Below are positions 11,405-22,729 of a stretch of DNA of 64,000 nt, piece by piece. Source of the stretch: Macrostomum lignano (Eukaryota); assembly GCA_002269645.1 (NCBI GenBank), contig NIVC01002078.1, forward strand, positions 1 through 64,000, read 5' to 3'. A program made the position numbers and the translations under genes. The stretch's first letter is position 1, and every line of letters starts with the position of its first letter. Under the pieces are notes generated by a model, which saw nothing but the letters and a program-made list of their open reading frames with translations, ran no database searches and had not been told where the DNA came from.

Positions 11405-13894
11405 AAAACAACAACAACAAAATACGCAACCCCGCATGCAAAGTCATAGTTAGGGCAGGGCGCGTCAGATGGCGCGCCGCAGAGCCTGGGAGCGAACGAA
11501 GTCCGCTCCGTTGGCAGTGTCGGGGCGCCCCAGCGTCGCACAGCAGGCAGTCCACGTATCGACGGGTTCGGGCCAGACCCCGCCTGAACGGACCCTGCAA
11601 GGTGAGCAGCAGGACGTCCTGAACAGGTTGGGGGCAGTAGCCCTCGGCCCGGATCACGTGGCCCGCCAGTTGAAGTCGCCACCGGCGCAGGATGGTGGAC
11701 GGGCGCTGCAGCTTGGCCCGATCGTACAGGGCCTCGGTCCCGACGCTCTCGTCAGCTCGAAAGGCCGCACGGAGCAGCCCTGAGTGCGCCGAGTCCAGCT
11801 GCCGCTCTAGCGTAACGTCTAGCGTCTAGCGCTCTAGCGTAGCCGTCAGCGTCCACGTCTCGGCGTTGTAGAGCAGGACGGTTTCGACCACCGCCTGCCA
11901 CAGCCGAGCCCTCTGGCGGTCGGGCAGCGCTTCAGACTGGAGGACGGCTCGGATCGAACGAAAGGCCGCCCAGGCGAATCCCCTGCGCCGCCGGAGGTCT
12001 TCCTCCACGTGGGGCACCAGACCGCCGAGGTAGGTGAACCGCTGGCAGCGTGCGAGCTTGGTCGTCTGCCAGTCTGCGCCGCGGCACGTCAGGTCCGCTG
12101 GGATGTCGGCCGGCACAGTCAGCACCTGTGCATGTTGCGCTGGAGGACACCAATACCGATGCGCTGGAGGACCTGCTTGACCGGCTGGATCTGGTGTCCG
12201 CGAACACCCAGTTCCGCAAGCCCCCTGCCCGCCTGGTCACCTTTGCGGGCTGCAAGAGAAGGCGGCGGAACGCACGCGGACGGAATGCCACGAGGAGACT
12301 GGCGCAACTCGATCATGCGCTGGTTCGCACTCGCGAGCGCCGCCGCGTCACCAACTGCGACACCATGGCTCCGCTGGCTCTCCGGTCAGACCACCAACTC
12401 CTGATCTGCGACTTGCGGCTCCGCGACCAGCTCTACCGACCGCCAAAGCAGCGGCCACGGCGCTACTATCGCGCACTGTTGGACACCCGCGTGAAGCGTC
12501 AATTCGCGGGTGCCTTCGTCGGCGCGCTTGGATACCAGCGCGAGGTGGAGTATTCCGACATCAGCACCGCCGTTAGAGCCGCTGCAGAGCAGACGGTCCC
12601 GCTGATGCGGCCAGCGCAGAAATCGCTGCCTGTCTGGCAGAGCGACCCCATCATCAGGCAGAGCGACCCCATCATCAGGCAGGCGCGGCTCAACATCGAG
12701 CGACTCCGCAGAAACCGGAGGCCCACAGGCGACGCTGAAGACGCATTTGAGCGCCTTCTTGACGAGCGGCAGCAGGCCGCTGTCGACGACGCCATTAGGT
12801 CCATCACTGCAGCCGGCCCCGACGTGAAGAGCCGCGCAGTATGGACGGCCGTCCGGACTCTGACGGGGCGCAACAAGCGCGTGGCGCTGAACCTGGCCGG
12901 CGACACCCCGGAGGAGCGCAGGAATGAATTGCGCGACTTCTTCGCCGGCATCGTGAACGCGCCCGCGTCGCCGCTGCCCGCCAGCTTTGCGCTCCCACTG
13001 GACACGCCGCTCCCAGCTGAGGAGGACTTCTGCACCAGACCAGTCACCAAGGAGAACGTTGTGCTGTTCGCTCGGAAAACATCAGGCGGCAAGGCGCTCG
13101 GCCCCGACGAAGTCCCGGTCGAAGCGCTGCGGCTCCGCTGTGTGCCCTCCCAGGTCACAGGCGTCATGAACCACGTGCTCGCTGGCGCTCCTGCGCCTAA
13201 CCGAGTGGACCGTCGCGCACATCGTGCCGATCCCGAAGAAGGCAGGGACAACGCGGAAAGAAGACCACCGCGGGATCTCGCTGATGTCCTGCACCGCGAA
13301 GCTCTTCAACCGGCTGCTGCTCGATCGTCTGCAGTCGGTGCTGGACCCGTACCTGCGGTACGAGCAGAACGGATTCCGGCCGCAACACGCGGTACAGTGA
13401 CACAGATCCTCGCACTCTGCCGGGTCATCGAGGAGGCGCGCATCCGCCAGTCTACGCTGATCATTGTCTTCGTTGACTTTCGAAAGGCGTTTGACTCGGT
13501 GTTGAGAGCCGCACTTCCCTTTGTCCTTCGAGCCTACCGGGTACCCCAGCAGCTAATCGACGCAGTCATGGCGCTGTATTGCAATACTCGAGCTGCTGTG
13601 GTGACGGCGGACGGCCTGTCTGACCTGTTCGATACTTCATCAGGAGTTCTGCAGGGCGACACGCTAGCGCCGTTCCTCTTCGTGCTGCTGCTGGACTGGG
13701 TGCTTCGGACCGCACTCCCCTCGGCTGTCGACTGCTTCCTACTGCGCAGACGCATCGGTCGCCGACACGGCGAAAAGCGCCTGAGCGTGCTTGGCTACGC
13801 CGACGACCTCGCCCTCCTGTCCTCGTCCGTTGAAGGCGCCCAGCGCCAGATCGACAGGCTGGTCGAGGTGGCATCGAGCGTCGGTCTGATCGTC
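11405..13894 (-). mobile_element. 5'-truncated, 5'-inverted non-LTR retrotransposon (APE endonuclease remnant plus reverse transcriptase; RTE-like) with a 9-bp target-site duplication
   Basis: TSD AAATGCTCA at 11396-11404 and 13895-13903. The minus-strand segment ~12128 to 11405 encodes the RT C-terminus (FTYLGG, LYNAETWTLT, RLQLAGHVIR), a stop at 11465-11467 and a short (TTG)n tail. The plus-strand segment ~12126-13894 encodes QLDHAL..SDH (APE end) and RT motifs FVDFRKAFDS, GVLQGDTLAPFLF and LGYADD, with a frameshift pair near 13200 and 13385. Confidence 0.92.
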
Positions 13895-14196
13895 AAATGC
13901 TCATAATACTACTGTCAGGAACAGAGATCATGTTTTAGCTATTCTATCAGAATTTAAGCAAATTGGTTTAATATCTTAGAAGAAGTCTTTAAATCAATGT
14001 TTCGTTATTGAAAACCAAATTTTTGTGCGCTTTTAAGCCGATAATTTTCTTGCTGTAAAATGTAAAATGTATGAAATAATTTTTCGAGAAAATAGAGAAA
14101 ATGACAACAGCATCATGCATAGCTAGTGCTTCTGTTTTTTCTGTTCTTGTTCATTGATTGAGTGTCGATCAGTCTGATCAAGATGCTATGCATCGA

Positions 14197-15570
14197 TCAG
14201 GCAATAACAGTTTTATCTTGAGTCCACACGGTGCACCCAGCGCAGTAGTGAGTTCCGATGAGCACAATGGCGCCAATTGAGACAGCAAATGCTGGCCAGA
14301 TGGCGCAGTGCTTAGCCTGCTCTTTTGTGTAGATCTTAGTGAGCAGCACCGAGTTCTTCTGGCGAGAGTCTGGGCCGCGAAAGTAGCAGGTGAAATTGCG
14401 GCGACGTCGCAGGGTTTTAATGTAGCGCCGGGTCATTTCCACGTTTTCTACCGCCTCGGGTAGGCAGGGCGCCGAGCTGCAGTTTGTCTGGAAGGGCGGT
14501 GGAGGCGCAGCCGGGGGTTATAATTGTTTTAGACTAGAACGAGTGTACGTAGGGGGTTAGAGTTTGCTGGGGTAATTGGTTTGGTTTCGCCTTTGCCCCT
14601 TTTCAAATGTACATTCGTTAGTGTACACATACCGTCAGAGAGTTGGGATCTCTCCGCCTTTAAATAAATTTAAATGTACATTAAACATTTGTTCAATTGG
14701 AGGGCGGGGCGCAGCAGGGGGTAAGAATTGTTTTCAGGCCTGGCCCAGATTGGAGCGCCAGTGACTTCTATGGCGTTGACTAGATGTACATTCGTGAGTG
14801 TACACATGCGGTCCGAGAGTTAGTGGGTTTCTCTCCACCTATATTTAGATGTACATTAAACATTTCTTCAATTGAGGGGGGCGGAGGCGCAGCAGGGGGT
14901 AAGAATTGTTTTCAGGTCTGGCCCAGAATGGAGCGTCACTGCGTCAGTGATTTCCGGAAGGGGGGGGGGGTAAATGGGCTTTGCTTTGGCGTTAAATAGA
15001 TGTACATTCGTGAGTGTACGCACTACACAGGGGGTCAGAGATTTTCAGGTTTTTCTCTGACCTAGCCTGTATTTTATTTTTCGTCGGAGACTTGTTTAAT
15101 TTTAAATAAGGTTCATACACAAACAAAAGAGGATCCTACACGTTAGGCAACTCTGATGAATATATCATTTTTTCAAAGATTAGATGTTTCACAATTTCAG
15201 GAACAGAAACAGAACAGTGCAGTTTCTTCAACAAAGTTACCTTATCTTGCTCCAGATAAGTGAGAAAATTTTCAAACAGTACACCTTGCTCAGGCACGCC
15301 CGAGATGTTGACCCTGACCATGTAGCAGGGATAGCTGCTTCTATCCTTGGCGCACTTGCTTTCGCAGTCAATAATACGCTTCATCTCTTCGCCAAGGTAC
15401 ACGCAGCTGGTCTGCTCGAATCGCGCCTCTCGGTAGTACGGCAGAATGATTAAATAAGCTAGGATACCGCCAACTATGACTCCGCAGGTGATTAGTGATA
15501 CACAGGTAAGAAAAACGTATTTGGCTATGCCGATCACATTGCAGAGGCGGTGACAGCGGCGAAGAGCCAT
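14197..15570 (-). CDS. BK channel beta-subunit (KCNMB/CaKB)-like / TipE-like two-TM protein, paralogue 2 (206 aa)
   Basis: Exons 15570-15241 (AAG/GTAAC) and 14487-14197 (TTCCAG/ACA), phase 0. MALRRCHRLCNVIGIAKYVFLTCVSL... and SVLLTKIYTKEQAKHCAIWPAFAVSIGAIVLIGTHYCAGCTVWTQDKTVIA are nearly identical to paralogue 1. Confidence 0.82.
14590..15025. repeat. Degenerate ~185-200 bp tandem duplication (about 2.3 copies) in the intron of paralogue 2, rich in ATGTACAT
   Basis: ATGTACATTCGT(T/G)AGTGTACAC starts at ~14606, ~14784 and ~14999; GGCGCAGCAGGGGGTAAGAATTGTTTTCAGG occurs twice. Confidence 0.8.
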
Positions 15571-15914
15571 GTCCGTTAGCGCTGTTTTAGTCAATGGGGT
15601 GCAGAGCAAAACCTGAAATGGTTACAGGGTAGCTTTTCAATGATATTTGCATGTCATCGTCATAATACATTTCAACAGGTGGCAGCTTTAATCCAACCCT
15701 ACTCATAACTTTCAGCTGCTCTCTCCTCACCAGACTAAACTAGGACTTTGTGACGCGAATTGTCCCCACCCACAGTTAAGATGAGCAACGCGGGCGTGGC
15801 GTAGATTGCGTCGTCTGTTTTTTTCCTGTCAAGTAGCACAATATCCAACTCAACAGTTCAACATAGTACCGTAGCCAACTCAAAAGTGCATAAAATTCAG
15901 TTGATCTGCAGATT

Positions 15915-15924
15915 AGCCAATCAG
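15915..15924. promoter_or_regulatory. Candidate CCAAT box (AGCCAATCAG) upstream of paralogue 2
   Basis: Matches the NF-Y-type consensus RRCCAATCAG ~350 bp upstream of the minus-strand ATG at 15570; position only. Confidence 0.25.
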
Positions 15925-16047
15925 AGCGCTTCTGTTGCGCAACTGTTGCGCAATAGCGACCATGGATACAAAAGGCCGAACCAACTTGCACTTGGCGGAG
16001 CAGCTGGGCACAAGAGAAACTGCACAGAAAAGAGTGAGTCTTCTATA

Positions 16048-17142
16048 CGAGGGGTGTCGGGGAAATTCGGACACTTTTAATCCCAGAGCAAAGCGGCACA
16101 TATTTTCCCCATGAATTCAGTCGCGTGTATTTTGGTCATTTCTTTCAAAAGTTAAGTGAAAAAACCATCGCAATGTATGTCTGTAAATGTTTGTAAAAGT
16201 TTAAAATATATAAAAAGCGATGTCCTCAAAAATGAATTTTAGTCGTTCATCACGCTCACGATGGTGTCAATAATCAGAGATAGTCGGTGATCAATAATCG
16301 ATCGATAATCCATAATCGGTGATCAATAATCGATCGATAATCCATAATCGGTGATCAATAATCGATCGATAATCCATAATCGGTGATCAATAATCGATCG
16401 ATAATCCATAATCGGTGATCAATAATCGATCGATAATCCATAATCGGTGATCAATAATCGATCAATAATCCATAATCGGTGATCAATAATCGATCGATAA
16501 TCCATAATCGGTGATCAATAATCGATCGATAATCCATAATCGGTGATCAATAATCGATCGATAATCCATAATCGGTGATCAATAATCGATCGATAATCCA
16601 TAATCGGTGATCAATAATCGATCGATAATCCATAATCGGTGATCAATAATCGATCGATAATACATAATCGGTGATCAATAATCGATCGATAATCCATAAT
16701 CGGTGATAAATAATCGATCGATAATCCATAATCGGTGATCAATAATCGATCGATAATCCATAATCGGTGATCAATAATCGATCGATAATCCATAATCGGT
16801 GATCAATAATCGATCGATACTCCATAATCGGTGATCAATAATCGATCGATACTCCATAATCGGTGATCAATAATCGATCGATACTCCATAATCGGTGATC
16901 AATAATCGATCGATAATCCATACTCGATCATATGGATTAGTGGATTAGTGGCAGTGATATAATCGATTAATGGCACTGCTATGGTTTTTCTCACGTAACT
17001 TTTGACAGAAATGACCAAACTACACGCGACTGAATTCATTGGAAAGTATGTGCCGCTTTTAAATGACACCAAAGTTGTGCTTGCAGCTGCTACTGTTTTT
17101 GGTCTGGGATTAAAAGTGTCCGAATTTCCCGGACACCCCTCG
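16048..17142. mobile_element. Non-autonomous Tc1/mariner-type element (MITE-like) with long terminal inverted repeats, TA target duplication and an internal satellite
   Basis: Left end TA|CGAGGGGTGTCGGGGAAATTCGGACACTTTTAATCCCAGA; right end TCTGGGATTAAAAGTGTCCGAATTTCCCGGACACCCCTCG|TA (1 mismatch in 40). Inverted similarity continues to ~16172 and ~16977, with a ~40-bp gap in the left arm. No transposase ORF. Confidence 0.88.
16285..16922. repeat. Satellite, 32 bp unit (ATAATCGGTGATCAATAATCGATCGATAATCC), ~20 copies, inside the MITE
   Basis: Near-perfect tandem copies; each contains the palindromes TGATCA and ATCGATCGAT. Confidence 0.97.
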
Positions 17143-17461
17143 TACTTGAAATGACTATGAATGATGCACACGACTTGGCCTTTTGGTAGCTCTGAATTAA
17201 CAATTTACAACTTGATTTGGCATTTTGCCACTTGAGTTGAAAATGACTTGCAATAGCTGCTTTAACTGTGCCAATTTGATAGTAAAAAAATGTCCAAGTT
17301 CCAACACTTGGCTCAGGGCATGCAGCTCTGCATGGACAAAGCTGAGTTACATGTAGAGAACTACGCATTTTCAACTCGTATTATGGTGTCAGGTTTCTGA
17401 CCGGCCATTGCATGCCGCTGATTCCAGCTCTATTACAGCTCTCGAACAAACCGCACTCACG

Positions 17462-17463
17462 GA

Positions 17464-17519
<56 letters not shown>
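17462..17519. repeat. (AG)n microsatellite
   Basis: Direct inspection. Confidence 0.95.
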
Positions 17520-17523
<4 letters not shown>

Positions 17524-18024
17524 AGAATAAGAAAAATGCCCCTCAGACCTATGCATTATTTGTGCGGTGTTTTCCCTTCTCCCTAAGATCCCAATTGGGA
17601 TTTAGAGAGGGACAGAGAGAGGGAGGGTTTCTGTGAGCAAATGGGTGCAGCCATGGCTCCGTGGTCTAGCTATCGGATTTATAAGGCTTGAGTAGGTTTA
17701 ACAAGGGCTGTACCAACCAACGCGTGTTCAACTCTGGCTCTCTCTCTGCCTCCTTTGCCTTGAACGTTATTTTATTCTCTAAGAGTAGCTACGTTTTTTT
17801 AAAACGGATTTTGCATACTCAGATGGATTAACAATTAAAGCACGGGATTCTATTTAGAGAGCAGGACAAAACGGTAAGTGAAGCTAAATGATCGATTCTA
17901 ATATCTTGCCTTCATGTTAGCTATATTCCAACTCGTCATGATCATACGACTGGGAACCCTCTATACGATTCGATGACAGGTAGGAATTCAGGATCACGGC
18001 TCAACTGGAGCTGTAGGAACTAGC

Positions 18025-18945
18025 CCAATGGGAGGGCTGGAACCCCCAAGTTCACGACTCAATAGGAAGGGTAGAACCCTAAGTCTACGACTCAATAGAA
18101 GGGGTAGAACCCTAAGTCTACGACTCAATAGAAGGGGTAGAACCCCCAAGTTCACGACTCGACAGAGGGGTAGAACCCCCAAGTTCACGACTCAATAGGA
18201 GGGCTAGAACCCCCAAGTTCACGACTCAATAGGAGGGCTAGAACCCCCAAGTTCACGACTCAATAGGAGGGCTAGAACTCCCAAGTTCACGACTCAATAG
18301 GAGGGCTAGAACTCCCAAGTTCACGACTCAATAGGAGGGCTAGAACCCCCAAGTTCACGACTCAATAGGAGGGCTAGAACCCCCAAGTTCACGACTCAAT
18401 AGGAGGGCTAGAACCCCAAGTTCACGACTCAATAGGAGGGCTAGAACCCCCAAGTTCACGACTCAATAGGAGGGCTAGAACTCCCAAGTTCACGACTCAA
18501 TAGGAGGGCTAGAACCCCCAAGTTCACGACTCAATAGGAGGGCTAGAACCCCCAAGTTCACGACTCAATAGGAGGGCTAGAACCCCCAAGTTCACGACTC
18601 AATAGGAGGGCTAGAACCCCCAAGTTCACGACTCAATAGGAGGGCTAGAACCCCCAAGTTCACGACTCAATAGGAGGGCTAGAACCCCCAAGTTCACGAC
18701 TCAATAGGAGGGCTAGAACCCCCAAGTTCACGACTCAATAGGAGGGCTAGAACCCCCAAGTTCACGACTCAATAGGAGGGCTAGAACCCCCAAGTTCACG
18801 ACTCAATAGGAGGGCTAGAACCCCCAAGTTCACGACTCGACAGGAGGGGTGGAACCCCCAAGTTCACAACTCGACAGGAGGGGTAGAACCCCCAAGTTCA
18901 CGACTCGACAGAGGGGTAGAACCATAGGTTCACGATTCAACAGGA
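18025..18945. repeat. Minisatellite, 34 bp unit (AAGTTCACGACTCAATAGGAGGGCTAGAACCCCC), ~26 copies
   Basis: Homogeneous core with degenerate ends; ends ~120 bp upstream of the paralogue 3 ATG. Confidence 0.95.
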
Positions 18946-19061
18946 GGGTCTGAACCTGTTACGGTGACTTTTTTACCGAAGTGACAAATTTATATAGTAG
19001 CAAGCCTGTACTTATACTTTCAGTAGCCAAGAGTAATCGAGCCATAAACTAGGCTAAAACC

Positions 19062-20260
19062 ATGGCAAAGAATCGAAGCTCGACAGGAAATCGGCGTTCA
19101 ACTGGAGGAGCAGCAGAGGGCGGTCGGTGCGATCGGTTCTGCATCGTTCTGGGCGCCGGCAGGTGGCTGTACCTACTCGGTGGCACCCTGTTCACTCTCG
19201 GCTTCGTAGTTGAAATGATCTGCCTGGGCATCATCATTGGGCCCTATTTAAATGAGCACAAATTCAAGGCTGCAGTGTGCAAATTCCAATCGAGTTATTA
19301 CACCGGAGATCAGTTCTGTCAGGACGTGTTCTCCAGAGACCCGTCGAGTTTTCCGTGTTTGACAGTTCGAGTCACCTTCAATGGAACTTCGAGCGGATTC
19401 GCTGATGCTGGTGTTGCCACAATCTATCTCATTTATACCTACTATGCAGAGGCTACCCTGCCAGCTAAGGTTTGAACACGTTTTTTGTTTTGATTAAATA
19501 TTTTGTTTTAATGCTACTTTTTTTGTTCAAAAGTTTTCCTGGAAAAGTGTATCTAGAATTGAACCCAGCAATTGTGCTAATAATAATAGTAATAATAATA
19601 CATAGCCTAATGATAAGACAACAAAAACTGTACGACGCTTTATACTTTTTAACTCATTTTAATAAAATTATCGTTGCCTTTCATTTAGGTAATTTTAAGA
19701 GTATAAATTTCAAGATAGAAAATATTGCCTTTCCGATCATTTTTTCAAAGAATTTAAGTTTCATTATGAAAATACTTTTTTATCTTTACTATCATGCTTG
19801 TTTTTTTAAATATTATATTATATTATATATTATAAATTATAAATTATATTATATATTATATAATCAATTTATTGGATATTTTAACAAGAACAGCGAGTGC
19901 TGTCGCGAATACCGTCTAAATTAGCGCGCTTTAATAGCTTTTTTTCACTTCCTTTTTTCTTTTTTCCAGTGCGTATCCAGAATCTGCTACAAGGACAAGC
20001 TGCTCAATGCCCGCCAGATCGCGAATCTCAACGCCACAATGTACAGCGATGGCAATGGCTTCCAATGCTATGTTCGCAAGGAGTCAATTAACGGCTGGGA
20101 AGAATATTCGGCACTGAGAGGCAGAGAGTTCAGTCAAGGTCAGGTGTTTCACTGCATCCTCTGGCCACTGCTAGCCTGCGGATTGGGACTCGTGCTCATC
20201 TGGTTTGTGTACTGCGTAGCTGGCTGCAGCGCCGTCTGGGGCAGCGCCATGAGCATTTGA
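19062..20260 (+). CDS. BK channel beta-subunit (KCNMB/CaKB)-like / TipE-like two-TM protein, paralogue 3, divergent (232 aa)
   Basis: Exons 19062-19469 (AAG/GTTTG) and 19970-20260 (TTCCAG/TGC), same phase-0 intron position as paralogues 1 and 2. TM1 WLYLLGGTLFTLGFVVEMICLGIIIGPY, FKAAVC, FPCLTVRVTF, CVSRIC, FQCYV, TM2 HCILWPLLACGLGLVLIWFVYC. Confidence 0.78.
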
Positions 20261-20384
20261 GAGACTGTGACGTCATCTGCAATTGCCCTCCGCAAATTTA
20301 TAGAGATTTTGACGTCATCTCCAACCTCTTTCTCTAACTAGGCAAGAGTGAAATCATTCGCAACGCTGTTTTCAGTTTATACAA

Positions 20385-20912
20385 GTAACGTCATCCATAG
20401 ACCACCCCCAATTTTAGAGAGCGACGTCATCCATAAACCATCGATCCTCCAATTTTAGAGTGACGTCATCCATAAACCACCCCCATTTTAGAGAGTGACG
20501 TCATCCATAAACCACAGATCCTCTAATTTTAGAGAGTGACGTCATCCATAATTTGGTTTATGGGTAGATCGGTGGTTTATGGGTAGTTTATGGGTAGATT
20601 CCATATCGGTGGTTTATGAGTAGACTCCATAAACCACCGATCCTCCAATTTTAGAGAGTGACGTCATCCATTAACCACCCCCATTTTAGAGAGTGACGTC
20701 ATCCATAAACCACATATCCTCTAATTTTAGAGAGTGACGTCATCCATAAACCACATATCCTCTAATTTTAGAGAGTGACGTCATCCATAAACCACATATC
20801 CTCTAATTTTAGAGAGTGACGTCATCCATAAACCACATATCCTCTAATTTTAGAGAGTGACGTCATCCATAAACCACCGATCCTCCAATTTTAGAGAGTG
20901 ACGTCATCCATA
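20385..20912. repeat. Minisatellite, 36-41 bp unit (AGAGTGACGTCATCCATAAACCACATATCCTCTAATTTTAG)
   Basis: About 12 copies, with a short reversed-orientation stretch around 20550-20630; most units carry TGACGTCA. Confidence 0.92.
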
Positions 20913-21769
20913 ACCCCCTTTTCCCACTATTTGAAGATGGTGACTTTTCCACAGCCTTATTTTCTGATCTATTAAGAGTGTTGTCGTTCAAAAACCTTCG
21001 TAGACCAATTTGTTTTAATGACTCAACTGTGTTTATTTTTTTGTTGCTAAAAAAACTTTTAATAACCGCAGTAATTTCTGCATGATGCGAGCTAATTATT
21101 CGCAATTTTTGTTCTTTTAAGTGTCTTCAAATTCGTGCAGTAATTTGAACTGATAAAGAAAACTTGCAGAAAACGCAGCTATCCGTGTTTTCAAAGACGA
21201 TCAGATCTCACTAAACTCTCCAATTTTTAAGAAACTTTCTCTGCATGCTACTTTCAGTAGGCTAATTCAGTAGACTCAACAAAAACTGTGAAAAAAGAGA
21301 GGAATCGTTATGATGAATATCTACAATAGCTTCGCGTACGAAAACCTTTCCAAGTTTGAGAGTGGGTGCAAGCTTTGCCAAATCGAAGGCATCGGACACA
21401 CGCGAGAGAAGGATGAGTTCAGATCGATCTTACTTTTAGCGCGACACGAGGAAGGAGGCCAGAGCGAGTCTATGAATATTGAGTGACACGGGCTGTACGA
21501 GCTGTGGCTGCAAACTCACATATTCTCTAGCTGACCGCGTCCGAGTAATGAGCTAGAGCTCTGCAGAGTTGTGCTATCGATTCCGTAAATCCAGCCCAAC
21601 CTGCCAGCTCCCAAGACTTAAGTTTGTACACCTCATTCACTGCCCAGCTGATGAGACAGAGCAGTTGACGTTAAGCTCGTAATTTTGCCACCGAAGTTCT
21701 TAGTTAAAGTGGATGCCTGCCCCAGTCAATGATTGCTACTGTCTCTCAATTTGTTCTGCTGAAATTCCC

Positions 21770-22050
21770 CAATCCCTGAATTCCCCAATCCTTACATGTA
21801 AATTTTCCCTACCTTAAATTCCACTATCCCAAATCGCCTATTCCCTAAATTCCCATCCCCTAAATCCCCATCCCCTAAATCCCCATCCTTTAAATTCCCC
21901 ATCCCCATAAATCCCCATCCCCTAATTCCCATCCCCTAAATTCCATCCCCTAAATCCCCTATTCCCTAAATTCCCCATCCCCTAAATCTCCATCCTCTAA
22001 ATTTCCTACTCCATAAATTCTATAAATACCTCATTCCCTAAATTTTCCTA
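21770..22050. repeat. Degenerate 15-17 bp repeat (AAATTCCCCATCCCCT)
   Basis: Direct inspection; boundaries approximate. Confidence 0.8.
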
Positions 22051-22295
22051 AATTCTTCATTCTCTTAACTTTCCATTGTCTTTTGATTGTTTATAAATCA
22101 ATTGTTCTTTAAGAAAATCATTTATCATTTTAAGTAACGGCATTTAACACATTCTAGTGAATTTTACAATCAATTAAAAGTAATATACAATTTTCTATAG
22201 TTTTACGCTATTCGCGCATGCCAGAGTCAAGCCATATACTTCTGTAGGAGCTCAGTACTCTCAACGGTGTAAGAATAGGAGACAGAAATAACCGT

Positions 22296-22332
<37 letters not shown>

Positions 22333-22729
22333 AGAGTTGGCCAGCAATTAATAATTTATTAACGTATCAAAAACTACGCATAACAGAGCCAAGGCCGAAG
22401 AAGCTGATAGTCTCGTAGTCTCAGATTTTAACCCCCCCCCCTGTCTGAGCTAGAATAGTGGGGAGCGCTGAGTGCGCAGCCTTAAGCATCCATGTCCTGA
22501 GGCAGCGACTGGCTTAGACCGGCTTTGCGTATGGGTAAGGATAACAAAGGGCTTGACTGACAATACTATGGTTGGGAATCTGGGAGAGTGGGTGAGGGGA
22601 TGAGGAGTGAAGGCAGGAGTGCATGAGGATAATAGAACTGCATAGGGAATTGGAAATGGGAGATATGGGAGGCTGATGAAAGAGAAGATAGCAAAATAAG
22701 GGGAAAGTGATTGAATAGAGAGTGGCAGA

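Noticed and set aside
11459-11478. GGCGCG-N8-CGCGCC hairpin near the LINE 3' end as a possible RT recognition stem-loop
   Set aside because: Overlaps the ORF stop codon and is only 6 bp in GC-rich DNA; cannot be distinguished from chance without a family alignment.
16285-18945. Regular 32-34 bp repeats resembling CRISPR arrays
   Set aside because: Units are head-to-tail with no unique spacers, there are no cas genes, and the context is a eukaryotic intron-containing locus.
19472-19924. 150-aa hydrophobic ORF
   Set aside because: Lies within the AT-rich intron of paralogue 3; its composition (F, I, Y, N, K) reflects AT bias.
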